Assembly (NCBI RefSeq): GCF_004010195.1
Contig: NC_057751.1
Coordinates: forward strand, 16,394,466-16,440,241
Length of the DNA: 45,776 nt
Reading direction: 5' to 3'
Source of the DNA: Chiloscyllium plagiosum
Lineage: Eukaryota
Positions 1 through 13,330 of the stretch are shown piece after piece. Position numbers and translations under genes: made by a program. The notes under the pieces were generated by a model. That model ran no database searches, was not told the DNA's origin, and saw only the letters and a program-made list of their open reading frames with translations. The first letter of the stretch is position 1, and each line of letters opens with the position of its first letter.

Positions 1-239
1 TCAAGCCACTTTCCTGTTTACAGGCACCCTCCTTTGAGATTGATGCCATTTTCCTAACCTCCCTCCACTCCAGGTCCTGTACCCACCTGAGATCACCTGG
101 GCCCATTGGCCACACTTGTCCCCTGAAGCAGCCAATATGTCTGAGGACTTGACTGTTGGCATCCAACTCTGGAGATAGCACGAGGGTAGCATCACCGGGT
201 TTGAAGGAGGCTTGATTAGAGTGGTGTTGCTCCCTGCCT

Positions 240-360
240 CATTCCTGATGAAGGGCTTTTGCCCGACACATCGATTCTTCTGCTCCTCGGATGCTGCCTG
301 ACCTGCTGTGCTTTTTCAGCACCACTCTAACCTAGACTCTGATTTCCAGCATCTGCAGTC
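240..360 (+). repeat. Short dispersed repeat with hammerhead-like core (other copies ~3145-3235(-), 18200-18325(-), 19800-19922(-), 34320-34390(+), 38485-38530(+), 38715-38770(-))
   Basis: ctgatgaagggcttttgcccga..ctgctcctcggatgctgcctgacctgctgtgctttt.cagcaccac..ttccagcatctgcagtc recurs in both orientations. Confidence 0.75.
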
Positions 361-1454
361 TTGAAGTGCAGGCTTAACAGTGGGCGGGCCGAATGGCCCG
401 TTTCTATATTATGTACTTCTGTGCAAACATTTCAGCCTTTTGGTGCAGCGCCACAGTCGCAGCACTGATGTTGCCGGTCTGAGTGTCACATGTCTCTACA
501 AGTGGTCTATTTTTAGTTAGTTGAAGGTCACCAGGGGCCGTGAGATGTTTGCTGGAGCGGGGATCTGACTACCAACAGGCTAGCAGGCAAGAGCTAGCTC
601 CCTGTAACGCCCCTCCCTTCCTCCCCTGATCGTCACAAAACAAAAAGACTCCCAACTAAGGGTGTTGCCAGACAGGGAAAGAATTGTGGTCTCTTTCGGA
701 GCCAGGTCGAAAAGGTCCACAGAGTTAAAAGACGCAGTTTTGGTGGGTTTGGGTGCGGGGGCGCGATTGTGTTGGCTATCACCAGGTTGTGGTTGCTCTG
801 GTAATGCCCAGCTCCACTTAGTTGCCTTTCTCCCCAAAGCCCTCTCATCACCCCCTGACTGATTAATAACCTAACTCGTGCACAGGACACGATGGATAAT
901 TTGCAGGGGGGGGTGGAGGCAGGGAAATCGCCACTTGTGAATAAGACGAAAAAAAACTGTCTTGACCCTTATTGTCTGTTTGTGGAGTCTACCTGAGCGC
1001 CGGGGATATCAGAGTGGAGCATTGAAGGATTTCTGTGTCTGTCCTGTGTTCTTGGCCGTGGGGAATTGTGATGAGCTGGCATGTTGGATTGGCTCCTGAC
1101 TGGCTGTGCAGATGGGCTGGGATTGGGCGATGGCGCACTGTCGTCGAGGCAACGAGCAGCAGTGTTGGCGGAGTGAGAGCCTGAGGCCTACGGGTCACTT
1201 CAAAACAAACTGTTGGAGGCTGGAAGTGCTCCGTATCAAGGATCACATTCAAGGTCACCGGCCGTAACCTTGGCTGTTCGTTTGCAGTGTCTGACAAAAG
1301 GGTTTGTACGCCTGCATGTTGTGTCTTTCAAAGATAACTTTCCAGATAAGTGCATGGCTGCAAGCAGCTTGGCTACAGTCAGGCACGTGAGGAGGATTAA
1401 TCCAAAATAGTACTGCGGTTGGGGCCAGGCGGAACTGAACTGCACTTACAAAGC

Positions 1455-2570
1455 CGTACAACCTAGAAACAGACCCTTCGATCCTCCCAGTCCAGGCCAA
1501 CCATCATTCTGAGCTAAACTAGTCCCAGCTGCCTGCACTTGGCCCGTATCCCTCCAAACATTTCTTATCGTGTATCTGTCCAAGTGTCTTTTAAATGTTG
1601 GAATTGTACCCACATCCACCCGTCCTTCTGGAAATTCATTCCACACGCGAACCACTCTGTGTCTCAAAACAAAAATTGCCCCCTATGTCATTTTTAAAGA
1701 TCTTTCTTCTCTCGCCCTTAAAATATATGCCCTTAGACTTCAACTCCCACACCCTAGGGAAAAGACTCATAAGCCTCTAAGGTCACCCCCTCAGCCTGAT
1801 ACAGTCCAGTGGCAAAAGTCCTAGCCTATGCAGCCTCTCCTCATGACTGAAACCCTCCTTTCCTGCAACATCCCAGTAAATCTCTTCTGAATCCTGTGCA
1901 TTTAATGATATCCTTCTTATATCAGAGCAACCAGAACTGCACATTGTACTCCTGATGAGGCCTCACCAACGTCCTGTATAACCTGAACATCATTGCTCAG
2001 ACGAGGAGCTGGGACATTAAGGCGAGCATGCTAAATGCTTTCTTAACTGCCCTGTCTGCACGTGATGCAAACTTCAAAGAATTACGTACCTGACCCCCTA
2101 GGTCTCTGTTATACAACACTACCCAATGCCCTACCTTTAATTGGCATTGAAGTCCTGCCCTTGTTTGTTTTTGCCAAAATGTAATACCTCGCATTTATCC
2201 AAATTAAGCTCCATCTGCCACACCTCAGCCCGTTAACCCAATTGATCAAGATCTGTTTGTAATCTTAGATAAATCTCTTCACTGATCCCTATACCACTGA
2301 GTTTGGTGTCATCCGCAAACTTAATCAACCACGCCTCCTATATTCTCATCTGGATCATTTTATCAAAATGACAAACAGAAGCGCAGCCAGCACCAATCCC
2401 TTTTGGAGCCATCGCTGGGGAAAAAAGCAACCCCTCGCCAGCACTCGGCCTCCTGCTGTTAAGCCAATCTTACATCCAATTGGCAAGCTCACCCTGAATC
2501 CCATTGACTTCACTTAAGTCATTTGTTGCCCGTGCAGAGCCTTGTCAAAAGCTTTGCTAAAGTTGGGGAG
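1455..2570 (-). mobile_element. CR1/HER1-type LINE 3' fragment
   Basis: Minus-strand peptides RVVRVWNEFPE..TFKRHLDRY and LKFASRADRAVKKA; the 3' tail (..gaagggtctgtttc) is shared with other copies in the window. Confidence 0.8.
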
Positions 2571-2692
2571 GTAATTATTTGGCTCTCAGCAATAGGCAGG
2601 GGGGGGTTCAGATTTCCATGTGACAATAGCCTGCATGACTGTCGTTGGCTCCAGTTTGTGTAAATTAGTTCCTAAGGGCCTGTGGGGGTGTG

Positions 2693-2694
<2 letters not shown>

Positions 2695-2729
<35 letters not shown>
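2695..2729. repeat. (GA)n microsatellite (others: (GA)n 11115-11140, (TC)n 13595-13632, (TG)n 19125-19151, (TC)n 40045-40086)
   Basis: Direct reading of the sequence. Confidence 0.95.
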
Positions 2730-2731
<2 letters not shown>

Positions 2732-3029
2732 TGCAGAGTTCTGAATTATCCCAGCGGGGTGGAGTGCTCCACTGGCTGGGTTAGCCCTGGTTAGCCCAAC
2801 CCCAGTTGTCCTGGAGATGGTGGTAAAGTCAGGAAAGCCAAGGGCTGGAGAAACTTGGCAGCTTGTGTGGAGAGAGAAACTGAATTCATGTCTCCAGTTC
2901 AGAGTGACTATCCTTCAGGACAGAGGTGAACTGCTGTGGTCCTATGTTATCTCAGGCTACCCACAAGTGCCATGCGGGAGGAGATTCCAGGATTTTGACC
3001 CAGTGACAATGTAGGATTGGCGAATATAT

Positions 3030-3910
3030 TTAATTGTTGGTCAATGGGCTGAGGAGTGGTAGAGGTAACTTAATGTGGATAAATGTGAAGTACTGGATTT
3101 TGGTCAAACAAACAAGGGCCTGACTTCGACAATTAAAAGCAGGGTGTCGCGAGTATGGTGCTGGAAAAGCACAGCAGGTCAGGCAGCATCTGAGGAGCAG
3201 GGCAATTGACGTTTTGGGCATAAGCCTTTCATCTGATTAAAAGAAGGGCCCTGGATAGTGCTGTAGAAGAGACCCCTGGGGTTCAGGTACATAATCCTTT
3301 GAAGTTTGCATCGTGTATAGATAAGGTGGTTAAGAAAGCATTGGGCACGCTTGCCTTCATTGGTCAGACCTTTAGTTGGGATGTCATGTTGAGGTTGTAA
3401 AGAATGTGGGTGAGACCTCTTCAGGAGACTATGCGCCGTTCTCATCGGTCTGTTATCAGAAGGATATTATTAAACTGGAGAGCGATCAGAAGAGATTTAC
3501 CAGGATTTTGCCAGGAATGGAAGGTTTGAGTTAGGAGAGAGGCTGGGACATTTTGTTTTTAGCGTAGGAGACTGAGGAGTGACCTTATGGGTGTTAATAA
3601 AGTCATGAGGGGCATCAATAAGATGAATGGCAGATGTCTTACCCCTAGGTTGGAGGATTTCAGAACCAGGGGGCATATTATTAAAGAGAAGACAAATACG
3701 TTGAGGGGGGGAAGATTTTAAGAGACGTGAGGGGCAGGTTTGTCTGGAATGAACTTGCTGTGGAAGTGGTGGATGCGGGTACGTTTTAAAAGAATTTGGA
3801 TGAGTACGTGAATAGTCAATGTTCGGAGGCAGATGGGACTGGTTTAGTTTGAAATTATGGTTAGCATGGACTGGTGGACCGAAGGGTCTGTTTCCATGGT
3901 CTCTAACTCT
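3030..3910 (+). mobile_element. CR1/HER1-type LINE 3' fragment, interrupted at ~3145-3235 by a short repeat
   Basis: Same RT C-terminal and 3'UTR sequence as 11370-12070, ending in ggaccgaagggtctgtttcc. Confidence 0.8.
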
Positions 3911-4014
3911 GCAGATCAGGATGGTGTGCAGCTCCAGAGGGGAACTGCAGGGGGTGCTGTTCCCATGTGTCTGCTGCCCTTCCAGGAGGAAGCGATTGCG
4001 GGTTTCGAAGGTGC

Positions 4015-5125
4015 TTAATGGACATTGGGATTGAAGTAAGCCATTTGCCCCATTGATTCTGCTTCCCATTCAGTGAGATAAGAACAGATCTGCTCATCTT
4101 CAACTCTACTTTCTTCCATTTTCCCCCCATAATCCTTGCTTTCCTTACTGATGAAAAATCTGCCTGTCTCCACCTTGAATAGACTTGCTAACCAGCCTTG
4201 GCAGCCCGCCTGTGGTGAAGAATTACACAGATTCACTAACCTCGGAAGAAATTCCTCCTCGTCTCTGTCCCAACTGGGCAACCCCTTACTCTCCGATTTC
4301 TGATCTCTGACCCTTGCCACACCTGCAAGGGCAGACCTCTTTTCCAGTCACATTCTTTGGAGGCTTGACAGAGTATGTTTCAATAAGGTCGCCTCTCATT
4401 CTCCCGAACTCCAGTGAGTGCAGACCCAGTCTACTCAACCTCTCCTCAGAAAACAGTCCCTCCATACTTGGGCTCCTCCCAGTGAACATTCTCTGGGCTG
4501 CCTCCCAGTGAACATTCTCTGGGCTGCCTCCCAGTGAACATTCTCTGGGCTGCCTCCAATTCCGGTCTATCTCTGCTTGCATACGGGGCGCCAAAACCGT
4601 TGACCGTATTCCCGCTGTGGTCTGACGGGTGCAGTTCTAGCAAAACCTTCCCACTTTTTCACTCCGTTCCCTTTGAACTGACTGCCAACATGGCAGTCGA
4701 ATCGCTGAACCCGGACGCTGTCTCATTTTTGCGATTCATGTCAAAACGTGCAGTCTTCCATTTAAATCACATCATGTATCCTCTTCCTACCAAAGTGTAT
4801 AAAGTCACAGTTCCCCTCTTGGTATTCCATCTGCCAAGTCTTTTGCCCGCTCTCTCAACCAACCATCTGCTATTCTCCCACTTGCCTTCCTATCTCCTTT
4901 TTGCCATCTCGTCTGTATTGCATTCCTTAAGCAAGTCACTGATTGTAATTAATTGTCGCCCCAGCACTGATCCCTGTTGCCTTCAAATCCTTGCAGGCTG
5001 CCATCTTGAACATGTCCCTTTCTATCCCTAGTTCTATTGGTTAGCCAGTTCTCTGTCCGGGCTCATTTCTATCCCCAACGCAGTGGGCTACTACGATATT
5101 AAGTAGCCTCCCCAAATGCCTTTTG
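4015..5125 (-). mobile_element. Degenerate CR1-type LINE fragment containing a 26-bp x3 tandem duplication (4478-4557)
   Basis: Minus-strand LEAAQRMFT..MEGLFSEERLSRLGLHSLEFGRMRGDLIETY; unit cccagtgaacattctctgggctgcct is repeated three times. Confidence 0.75.
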
Positions 5126-5969
5126 GAAATATTTTACCCCACGACCTTCCTGCAGCTTCACATTCCTCATTCCTCAATCCTGCAGCACTCCTCACTCCTG
5201 GAACCTTTGTCCAAACTATGAATCAGTGTTTCCTTGGCAAAGTGAAACATCTGGATCCGTTGTCTCCGTTTGAACTGGTGCTTTTATCAGCACCAGCTGT
5301 TGTCGAGCAAGGAGCTGTTCTGCAGTCATCGGAGGGCGTGGCGTTGGTCCGGGAATGTGAAGTTTCAGGATGGGTTGCTTTCGGAGCTGGCTGGAAATGA
5401 ATAAGTTTAAGATGCCCCTGTCGCGCTAGAACCTTTGCTCAGATTGTTGAGGCCTGCTCAGTTGTGCAATGTTTGCCAGGACGGATCTGACTAACCGGGA
5501 GGCGGGAAAAAAGAAACCACTTTTGTTGGTTTGAGACAGTTGGATCGGAATTGTGGATAAATTATCATTGAGTATATTCCTCTGTTGCAGTCAGATAATT
5601 GGTAGGCCATTACTACGCATACGATTGGGATTTCCGGAAAAGACCTGTCTGACTGGGATCTCTATTGTACTGTCCTCTGGTGCAGTTTGACATAGTTCCA
5701 CGTTTTGATCAATTTTGACAGGCAATGAGACCCCCGCGCCCCCACCTCGCCCCAGAGTCGAGCGATTTGGCCTTCTAATGTTGGCCGTTTGGCAGAGGTA
5801 ACCCACAGATCTTGGGGTGACTTTCCTTGAGCTTCCTTCTCTCAGTTGGTTGCTGATAATCGTCAGTGTTTTTTTTTCTCTCATCTTGCACCCCCACCCC
5901 CCCCATTCAGCTCATTATCTTCAATGCCTGCCTTGGCATGGAAACTATACTGGCATCGCCCACCCCGAA

Positions 5970-7470
5970 TAAGTGAGGTGATGAACTTTGGCAAAAGAAA
6001 CCAAGATTAGGGAGTATTTCATGAATGGCAGGTCACTGGGGCATTTAGAGGAGCTTCGGGGTAATTATTCACCGATCCCTGAAGTCGGCAGGGCATGTGA
6101 TTAGTCGAGTAAAGAAGACATATGGGGCGCTTGCTCTCATCAGTCACAGTACAGCATGTAAGAGCAAGGAGGTACTGTTGGAATTGTACGGAGGTTTGGT
6201 CCGGTCATAACTGGAGTGCGGTGTGCAGGTCTGGTCACCTTGCTACAGAAAGGATGTGTTATCACTTATGGGGACACAGCGCTGGCTCACCAGGGTGTTG
6301 CCTGGGATGGAGAATCTGAGCTATAAGGAGAGTTTACCAAATCACAAGCAGTGGCTGGTAAGCTGGAAGGCCAAGTAACTCACTCTCTCATTCGCAGTGC
6401 ATAAGTCACTCACTAGCTCTCCACGGGAGATCCACAAGAATTTCTGGGCATTACATCTCCAGGAAGATGAGAAGGCATGAGAGAAGGTGGCGAAGAGGTT
6501 TAAAGCGATGTTCCAGCGATGAGGAATTTCTGTTAGGAGGGGACACTCGCCTTTATTGGTCAGTGCAATGAGTTTGGGGTTGGGAGGTCATGTTCAGGCA
6601 GTGGCGAACGTTGGTTAGGCCACATTGGAATACTGCGTGCAATTCTGGTCTCCCTGCTACCAGAAGGATGTTGTGAAACTTGAAACGGTTCAGCAAAAAA
6701 ACTGACAAGGATGTTGCCAGGGTTGAAGGGTTTGAGCTATAGGGAGAGGCCGAGGGGTGACCTTCTAGAGGTTTATAAGGTGAATAAACAAGGTGTTTTC
6801 CCTGGGCTGGGGTAGTCCAGAACTAGAGGGACATAGGTTTAGGGTAAGAGGGGAAAGATATAAAAGAGACCCAAGGGGCAACGTTTTCACACAGAGGGTG
6901 GTACGTGTATGGAATGATCTGCCAGAGGATGTATATATATAGGAAGGGTTTCGAGGAATGTGGGCCAACTGCTGGCAAATGGAACTAGATTAGGTTAGGA
7001 TGTGTGGTTGGCATGGACGAGTTGGACCGAAGGGTCTGTTTCAGTGCTGCCCATCTCTATGGCTCTCTGACAGGCTAGAAACGTCTGGGTTGTTTTCTTT
7101 AGAGCAGGGAAGACTGAGGGAGGACATGATGGAGCAGTTTAGGATTTTGCGGAATATGGACAGGGTGAATAGAGAGCAGCTGTTCCCCTTGGTTAGGGGA
7201 TCAGTCAGTGGAGGGCATAGTTTCAAGGTAAGGGACAGGAGGTTCTGAGGGGATTTGGCAGGTGGTGGGAATCGGAATGTACTGCCAGTGGAGGCTGGAA
7301 ACCTTGCAACCTTTTACAAAAAAATATTTGGATGAGTACTTCAAATATCATGATATTGAGGATATGAGGCAAGTGCAGGAAATTGGGATGAGTGCGCTTT
7401 TAGTGTGAGTTATTTCAGTGCAGACTCGATGGGCCGAAGAGCCTTCTCAGGGCTGTGTTAATCTGTGAAT
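5970..7470 (+). mobile_element. Cluster of consecutive CR1/HER1-type 3' fragments
   Basis: Repeated gtgcaattctggtc / aaggatgttgtgaaacttgaa / ggggtgacctt motifs and two 3' tails (7020-7070, 7425-7470). Confidence 0.75.
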
Positions 7471-8849
7471 CTAATTACCCTCGAGCCAAGCTAGGCCAGA
7501 GTCAACCGTGCCACCTCTGACTCTGGAGTCACGTATTGGCCAGACCGGGTAAGGATGCCAGATTTCTGTTGGTAAACCTGATGGGTTTTTTTTTTCTCCT
7601 CATCCACCAACTAATGCCGGTTTCATGGTCGCCATGGCTACGATGAGCTTTCATTTGCAGATTTCAAACTTTAATTTAAATCCCGCCAGTGTCCCTTTGA
7701 AGTGGCACATGCCAGTTTTAGAAGTGGGAGATGAGACTGAGCCTGTTTTGTGGTTGCGTCGTTGTCCCGATACAGTTCTGATTTGACCAGGCCGGATTGA
7801 AGCAGCTCCCCCACGCCTCGATTCTAGTTTCTCTCTCTGCTGTACGCTGTAAACAGTGTTTGCTTTTACGCCTGAAGCCTGGGTCTCAGCTGCCAGAATC
7901 ATCCTGGGACCGCTGTATAAATAGCTGCTTGTGTGGACCAGGCCCGGGCACTGATGTAGTGGCGCGATTGGTAATTTCAGATGGCACATGGGGTCCTGTT
8001 TGTCCCTGACAGCGCCGTCAGGAGGGAAATGGTTAGCTCATCTCCATCGTGGATCAGCTCGCAAGCTTGCTCCCCTCGTACAGAGCAAAGTTCCCTCTGC
8101 ACCGCTTCAGTAAATCTTTCCTGGGCGTGCTGTCACGATGGTTATAGCTCCGTGAAACATCTGTGTCTCAACTTTGTCAAATGAGCAGGGAATCTCATTT
8201 CGAAACGAGCACGCAGAATGCCAGGCGCCGATTGTTTTTCTTAACGGAATGAAAAGTGGAATTATCGGCAAAATCTACCCTCTTCTTTGCTCCTGTCTAC
8301 ACGGCTGAAAAGGGAAAGACCAATGGGTCAAGTCAAGCCAGCTTTGGTTGCCATGATATTATCGACTTTCTTTTTGTCAGCGAGTGAATGCTTGACACAA
8401 GATGGACCCTTCCCTTGGCTGCTCAACTGTCACTTGCTTCTCTAGACTGGCAGTTCATTCCCAAGGCTGTCGGAATCTGGCGCAGGATCAGGCCATTTGG
8501 CCCCTCTAACCTGCTGTTGTCCTTCAGTGGCTGACCCCATTGGCCTTCATCCCACTTTTCCTGCCTGTTTTCCCCCATAACCCTCTACTCCCTTGTCGCC
8601 CATAAAATCTACCGAGTGCTCTTAACTGAGGTCCCTTTATTTGGGGAAGCAAGCTCCCCAAATTGACCCAGAGAGAAACAGATTCCTTGTCTTGACCTTG
8701 AGTGGAAGGCTCCTTGTCTTGCAAATGGCGTGTCCGGTTTGACCCCCCCCCCCCACCTCCAGTTATCCTTCAATCCCTCACTGGCTGTAACAAGGAGAGA
8801 CATCTTTAATCTGCCTAGAAGATATGAGAAGATTTTTGTTTGACCTTGC

Positions 8850-9375
8850 ATATAGAGGCTGAATAGGCCAAGTCTCCCCCCCCCCCCCCCCCCCCGGAGT
8901 GTCGGAGGCTGAGGGGTGACCTTGTCGAGGTTTATAAAATGAGGGGGCATGGATCGGGTAAATAGACAAAGTCTTTTTTTTTATTTCCCCAGGTTGAGAG
9001 AAAATAGGTTTAAGGTGAGAGAGGAAAGATTTAAAACATAAGATCCAAAATTGTGAGGGGCATGGATAGGGTACATAGACGAGATCTTTTCGCTGGGGTG
9101 GGAGGAGTCCAGGACGAGAGGGTTTAGGGTGAGAGGGGAAAGATTTAAAAGGGACCTAAAGGGCAACTTGTTCACGCAGAGGGTGGTACGTGAATGGGAT
9201 GAGCTGCCAGAGGAAGTGGTAGAGGCTGGTACAATTACAACATCTAAAAGGCTTCTGGATGGGTATATGAATAGGAAGGGATATGGGCCAAGTGCTGGCA
9301 AATGGGGCTAGATTAATTCGGGATATGTGGTCGGCATGGACAAGTTGGGCCAAAGGGTCAGTGTCTGTGCTGCTT
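8850..9375 (+). mobile_element. CR1/HER1-type 3' end with internal partial duplication
   Basis: RGERFKRDLKGNLFTQRVVREWDELPEEVVEAGTITTSKRLLDGYM; the tttaaggtgagag..aaagattt segment occurs twice. Confidence 0.8.
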
Positions 9376-10429
9376 AATAGAAAAGCCGAATATTAATCAA
9401 GTGGAGACAGATCACAGAACGCTGCAGTTCACAGGAAGCCTGGGTAACTGGATGTGACCGGCAAAAGGTTAGAGTGCAGCTGCAGCAAGTGACTAGGGAG
9501 GCTGAGGGAACATTAACCTATGTTGGGGGGTGAGGTGGGAGCTGGGTCACTGACTATATTCAAGGCAGACTCAGGCAGTTTTTAAACTAGTCCTGGGCCT
9601 AACCCTTGGGGAGTCTGTGTTTTCAATTGTCTGATAAAGTACGGCACCCTCGATTAAAATGCACTCGGAAGGTGCTCGAGTTCCTCACAAGGAGGGAGCT
9701 TGTGTGAACCATCGGTGCCATGCAGACCTTTCCAGTTTTGCAGCCTTCAGCACGGGCCGCTGCGCCGTTGTGTGATGTGACCCCGCTGGGCTTGTGGGCT
9801 CGGTTTACCGACAGTCAGGCTGAGTGGTGGGGTGGGTGGGGGGGGCTCACTTTCTCCCTCACCCGACTGGGTATCCCAATGGCTGGCTGACCAACCCGTA
9901 CCCTGGCCCGCTATTGAGGACCAAGAGCCACTGGGCTCACAGCGGGAGGGAGCCCTGATGGATTCATTGCCTCTCTCCTTCCATTGACCCTGGCGTTCAG
10001 ACCAGCCTGAGGGAGCTGGGTGTGCTTGGCCATGCAGTTAGTGTGCAGTTCTGCAAGTGGGGAGGAAGTGGTGCAACACTGGGGGGGGGGGGTGAAACTT
10101 TCTACTAATTAAACCAAATGCTCAGAAAAGCTCACCTTGCCTCAGTCAGTTCAAGTAGGAGTGACAGAGAACTCCCAAATTCCACCATTTGAAGAAAAAA
10201 AAATTATTCTGTAAGTCTAAAAGTGAACGTAAATAACAACTATTTACAACTCTAAGCCCCGCTTTCTCAAAGTGTTTGTTGTCTGCCTCTAATTGTACAA
10301 CAATATATTGTTCCTGGCACAACCCAAATTAAAATGATTTCAACACCACACAGCGGTTGTTGTCATCTGTGTCTGTCTTCCACTGGTTGTAGATCTCCCT
10401 GAGTGGTGTTCTATCTTTTGCTGTACCAA

Positions 10430-10651
10430 TGATTAGATTAGATTCCCGACAGTGTGGAAACAAGCCCTTCGGTCCAACAAGTCCACACCGACCCTCCGAA
10501 GAGAAGCCCACCCAGACCGGTTTCCCTCTGACTAATGCACCTAGTACGGCCAATTCACCCTGACCTGCCCATCTTTGGACTGTGGGAGGAAACTGGAGCA
10601 CCCGGAGGAAACCCACACACAGACACGGGGAGAATGTGCAAACTCCACACA
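10430..10651 (-). mobile_element. HE1-type SINE, 5'-truncated
   Basis: (TAGAT)n tail followed by cagtgtggaaaca.. and a body shared with the other SINE copies. Confidence 0.8.
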
Positions 10652-11114
10652 GTGTTTCATCTGAAAGAGGTGCCCTTTGAGAGTGTTTTAAATGGCAGCT
10701 CTGTCTCAATTGCAGTTACTCTGTCGATGATAATTAGCCTCTGTCTGACTTTCAAAATGCCTGCTTCGTTCTACCCCAAACATTGGATCGTCTCACTGGT
10801 TTGAGGCTGGCAAAAAAACAATAAATTCAAACTCGATTGGGTTTTAGTATCCTGGGGCATAATTTAGACTGGTTAAATTCAAATTGTTGTCAAAACAGTA
10901 ACCAATCCAGGTGTCCATTTCCCAGCCAATTTTCAATTTTCCAGAAGAGTCTGCAAGCTAGACATATGACAGGTGTCTGCAAGCTCTCAGCGTGAAAACA
11001 GTGTTCACTCTGTCTCTCCAAGGCACAGTACGCCTTCAACTTCATAACAGAAGGCTCAAGGCTTGATTGAAAGGAGACTGTCAAGTCGCCCCAGTCCCAA
11101 AGCTCTGTCATTGG

Positions 11115-11147
<33 letters not shown>

Positions 11148-11369
11148 TAGGGGGAAACGGGAAGTAGTGGGGAGTTGAACCAGAGGGGTTACCATGCCTC
11201 AGGCAAGGGAAGAGCTTGAGAAGGGGAGTCCTTCACTCGGACAGTGCGGGGAAATGAGCCTGGATTGTTTTCCTCACAGGATGGATACTGAGAGAATGTT
11301 CCCCTCCTGAAAGTCTAGAACCAGGGGGCACACCTTTAAACTAAAGGCAAGACTTCTATAGTTAACAGT

Positions 11370-12072
11370 AAGATCCTAGGGTGTGTTGCTGAACAAAGAG
11401 ACCTTGGAGTGCAGGTTCATAGCTTCTTGAAAGTGGAGTCGCAGGTAGATAGGATAGTGAAGGAGGCGTTTGGTATGCTTTCCTTTATTGGTCAGAGTAT
11501 TGAGTACAGGAGTTGGGAGATCATGTTACAGCTGTTCAGGGTATTGGTTCGGCCACTGTTGGAATATTGCGTGCAATTCTGGTCTCCTTCCTCTCGGAAA
11601 GATGTTGTGAAACTTGAAAAGGTTCAGAAAAGATTTGCGAGGATGTTGCCAGGGCTGGAGGGTTTGAGCTACAGGGAGACGCTGAATAGGCTGGAGCTGT
11701 TTTCCCTGGAACGTCGGAGGCTGAGGGGTGACCTTATAGGGGTTTATAAAAGCATGAGCTTGGATTGGGTAAATAGACATGGGTGGGGGGGAATCAGCAC
11801 TTTAGGGTGAGAGGAGAAAGATATAAAAGAGACCTGAGAGGCGATTTTGTTTCATACAGAGGGTGGTACATGTATGGAACGAGCTGCCAGAGGATGTGGT
11901 GAAGGATGGTACAATGACAGCATTTAAAAGGCATCTGGATGGGTATATGAATAGGAAGGTTAAGAGGGATATGGGCCGAATACAGACTAATGGGAGTAGA
12001 TTAATTTAGGATAGCTGGTCGGCATGGACGGGTTGGACCGAAGGGTCTGTGTTTCTGTGTTGTGTAACTCTA
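11370..12072 (+). mobile_element. CR1/HER1-type LINE 3' fragment (best-preserved copy)
   Basis: ORF 11409-11810 gives VRPLLEYCVQFWSP..RKDVVKLEKVQKRFARMLPGL..RRLRGDLI, the typical CR1 ORF2 C-terminus. Confidence 0.9.
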
Positions 12073-12570
12073 AGACCAAGGTGAGAGTGGTTTTTAACCT
12101 AGAGAGTGGTCCCCAGAACTGTCCTCCCCAGACAGTGATGGAGGAAGGGTCATGGAATATATTTAAGGCAGAGGTGGGGATCAATCCTTGACCACCCAGG
12201 GGGTCAAAGGGTGAAAGGGTTATGCAGGAAAGTGGCAGAGGGGGCTATACCATGTGACTTGCTCTGGACTCTCTAATTGGGTGACTCTCGGGCGTGAGGA
12301 GGCATGGCTCGAGACATGCCTCTTCACGTTTTAAGTGGTTCAGCCGCATGTGCTTGGGATCAGAGATTTGGAACTATTGACATTTGAAACAGCTTGGAGC
12401 AGGCTCCTGGTAGTTTAGAGACACTGTATGACTCTGTCAAGTTGGCATCTGTGACTAAGATGGGTGTCCTCAATCAGACATTGCATCATTTTGCGTCTAA
12501 ACCTTAAATTTCCAGCCCTGTTTTAAAGTCGCAATATCTGCGTTTCCACTCTCTCTGTCTCTCCCTGCAG

Positions 12571-12759
12571 TCTTGGGATGTGTTCTTCCGAAATGCCAAT
12601 GCAGGGGCGGCGCCAGGCACAGCTTACCAAAGTCCTCCGCCGTTGGGTGCCAGCGTCGCGTCTCTGTCCAGCGTCCAGTCGGTGATGGTGGCTCAGCCCA
12701 ACGTGGACAAGTTGGTGGAGGATCACCTGGCAGTGCAGTCGCTCATCAGAGCTTACCAG
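12571..12759 (+). CDS. OGDH: 2-oxoglutarate dehydrogenase E1 internal coding exon (equivalent to human exon 3), phase 0-0
   Basis: Polypyrimidine+CAG acceptor at 12570 and CAG|GTAACC donor. The 189 nt translate to [63 protein letters not shown], close to human [26 protein letters not shown]...[23 protein letters not shown] and much less like OGDHL. Confidence 0.96.
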
Positions 12760-13124
12760 GTAACCACCCGGTGGGTGGGGGGAGTTGGAAGGCGGACCCC
12801 AGTTGTATGACCTCACTTGTTATCCTGTGCTGCTGCTCCCTTTGCAAGCTTACAGGCGAGTCTGTGCTCAAGGTTCAAATACAGTGACTTGCAAGGCTCC
12901 TTCAGGTGTGTGTGTGCGCGCATCTCCAGGCCTACCAAACTCAGGAAAGGATTTGCCAATGTGTTGGCCGGTTGAGCTTGGCAGCCATATTGAATTGAGT
13001 CAATGGGCAGCAGTCCCCTCATAATGTCTCCCAGCAACAAACTCGCCCTTTCCATCAAGTGGGGAGCCAAACCCCTTGAGCCGTGAACGGACACGGTCTT
13101 CCTCGCGCGTTCTCCTGGACAGCC

Positions 13125-13330
13125 ACCTCCTTCCGAGCTGCTGCTGTTCTGGGGCCTGTCAGGTTGCGGCCCTCCCTCCAAGCTGCTGCTGTCCAGGGGC
13201 CTGTCAGGATGTGGGCCTCCCTCCGAGCCGCTGCTGTCTGTGGCCTGTCCCGGGGTCTGTCAGGATGCGGCCCTCCCTCCGAGCTGCTGCTGTCTCTGAC
13301 CTGTCGCGACGCCTGTCAGGATGCGGGCGT
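13125..13330. repeat. GC-rich minisatellite, ~4 units of 44-59 bp
   Basis: cctccctccgagctgctgctgtc...gcctgtcaggatgcgg is repeated directly upstream of OGDH exon 4A. Confidence 0.85.

Noticed and set aside
11409..11810. 133-aa ORF and similar ORFs as host genes
   Set aside because: They are CR1 LINE ORF2 C-terminal remnants repeated many times in the window.
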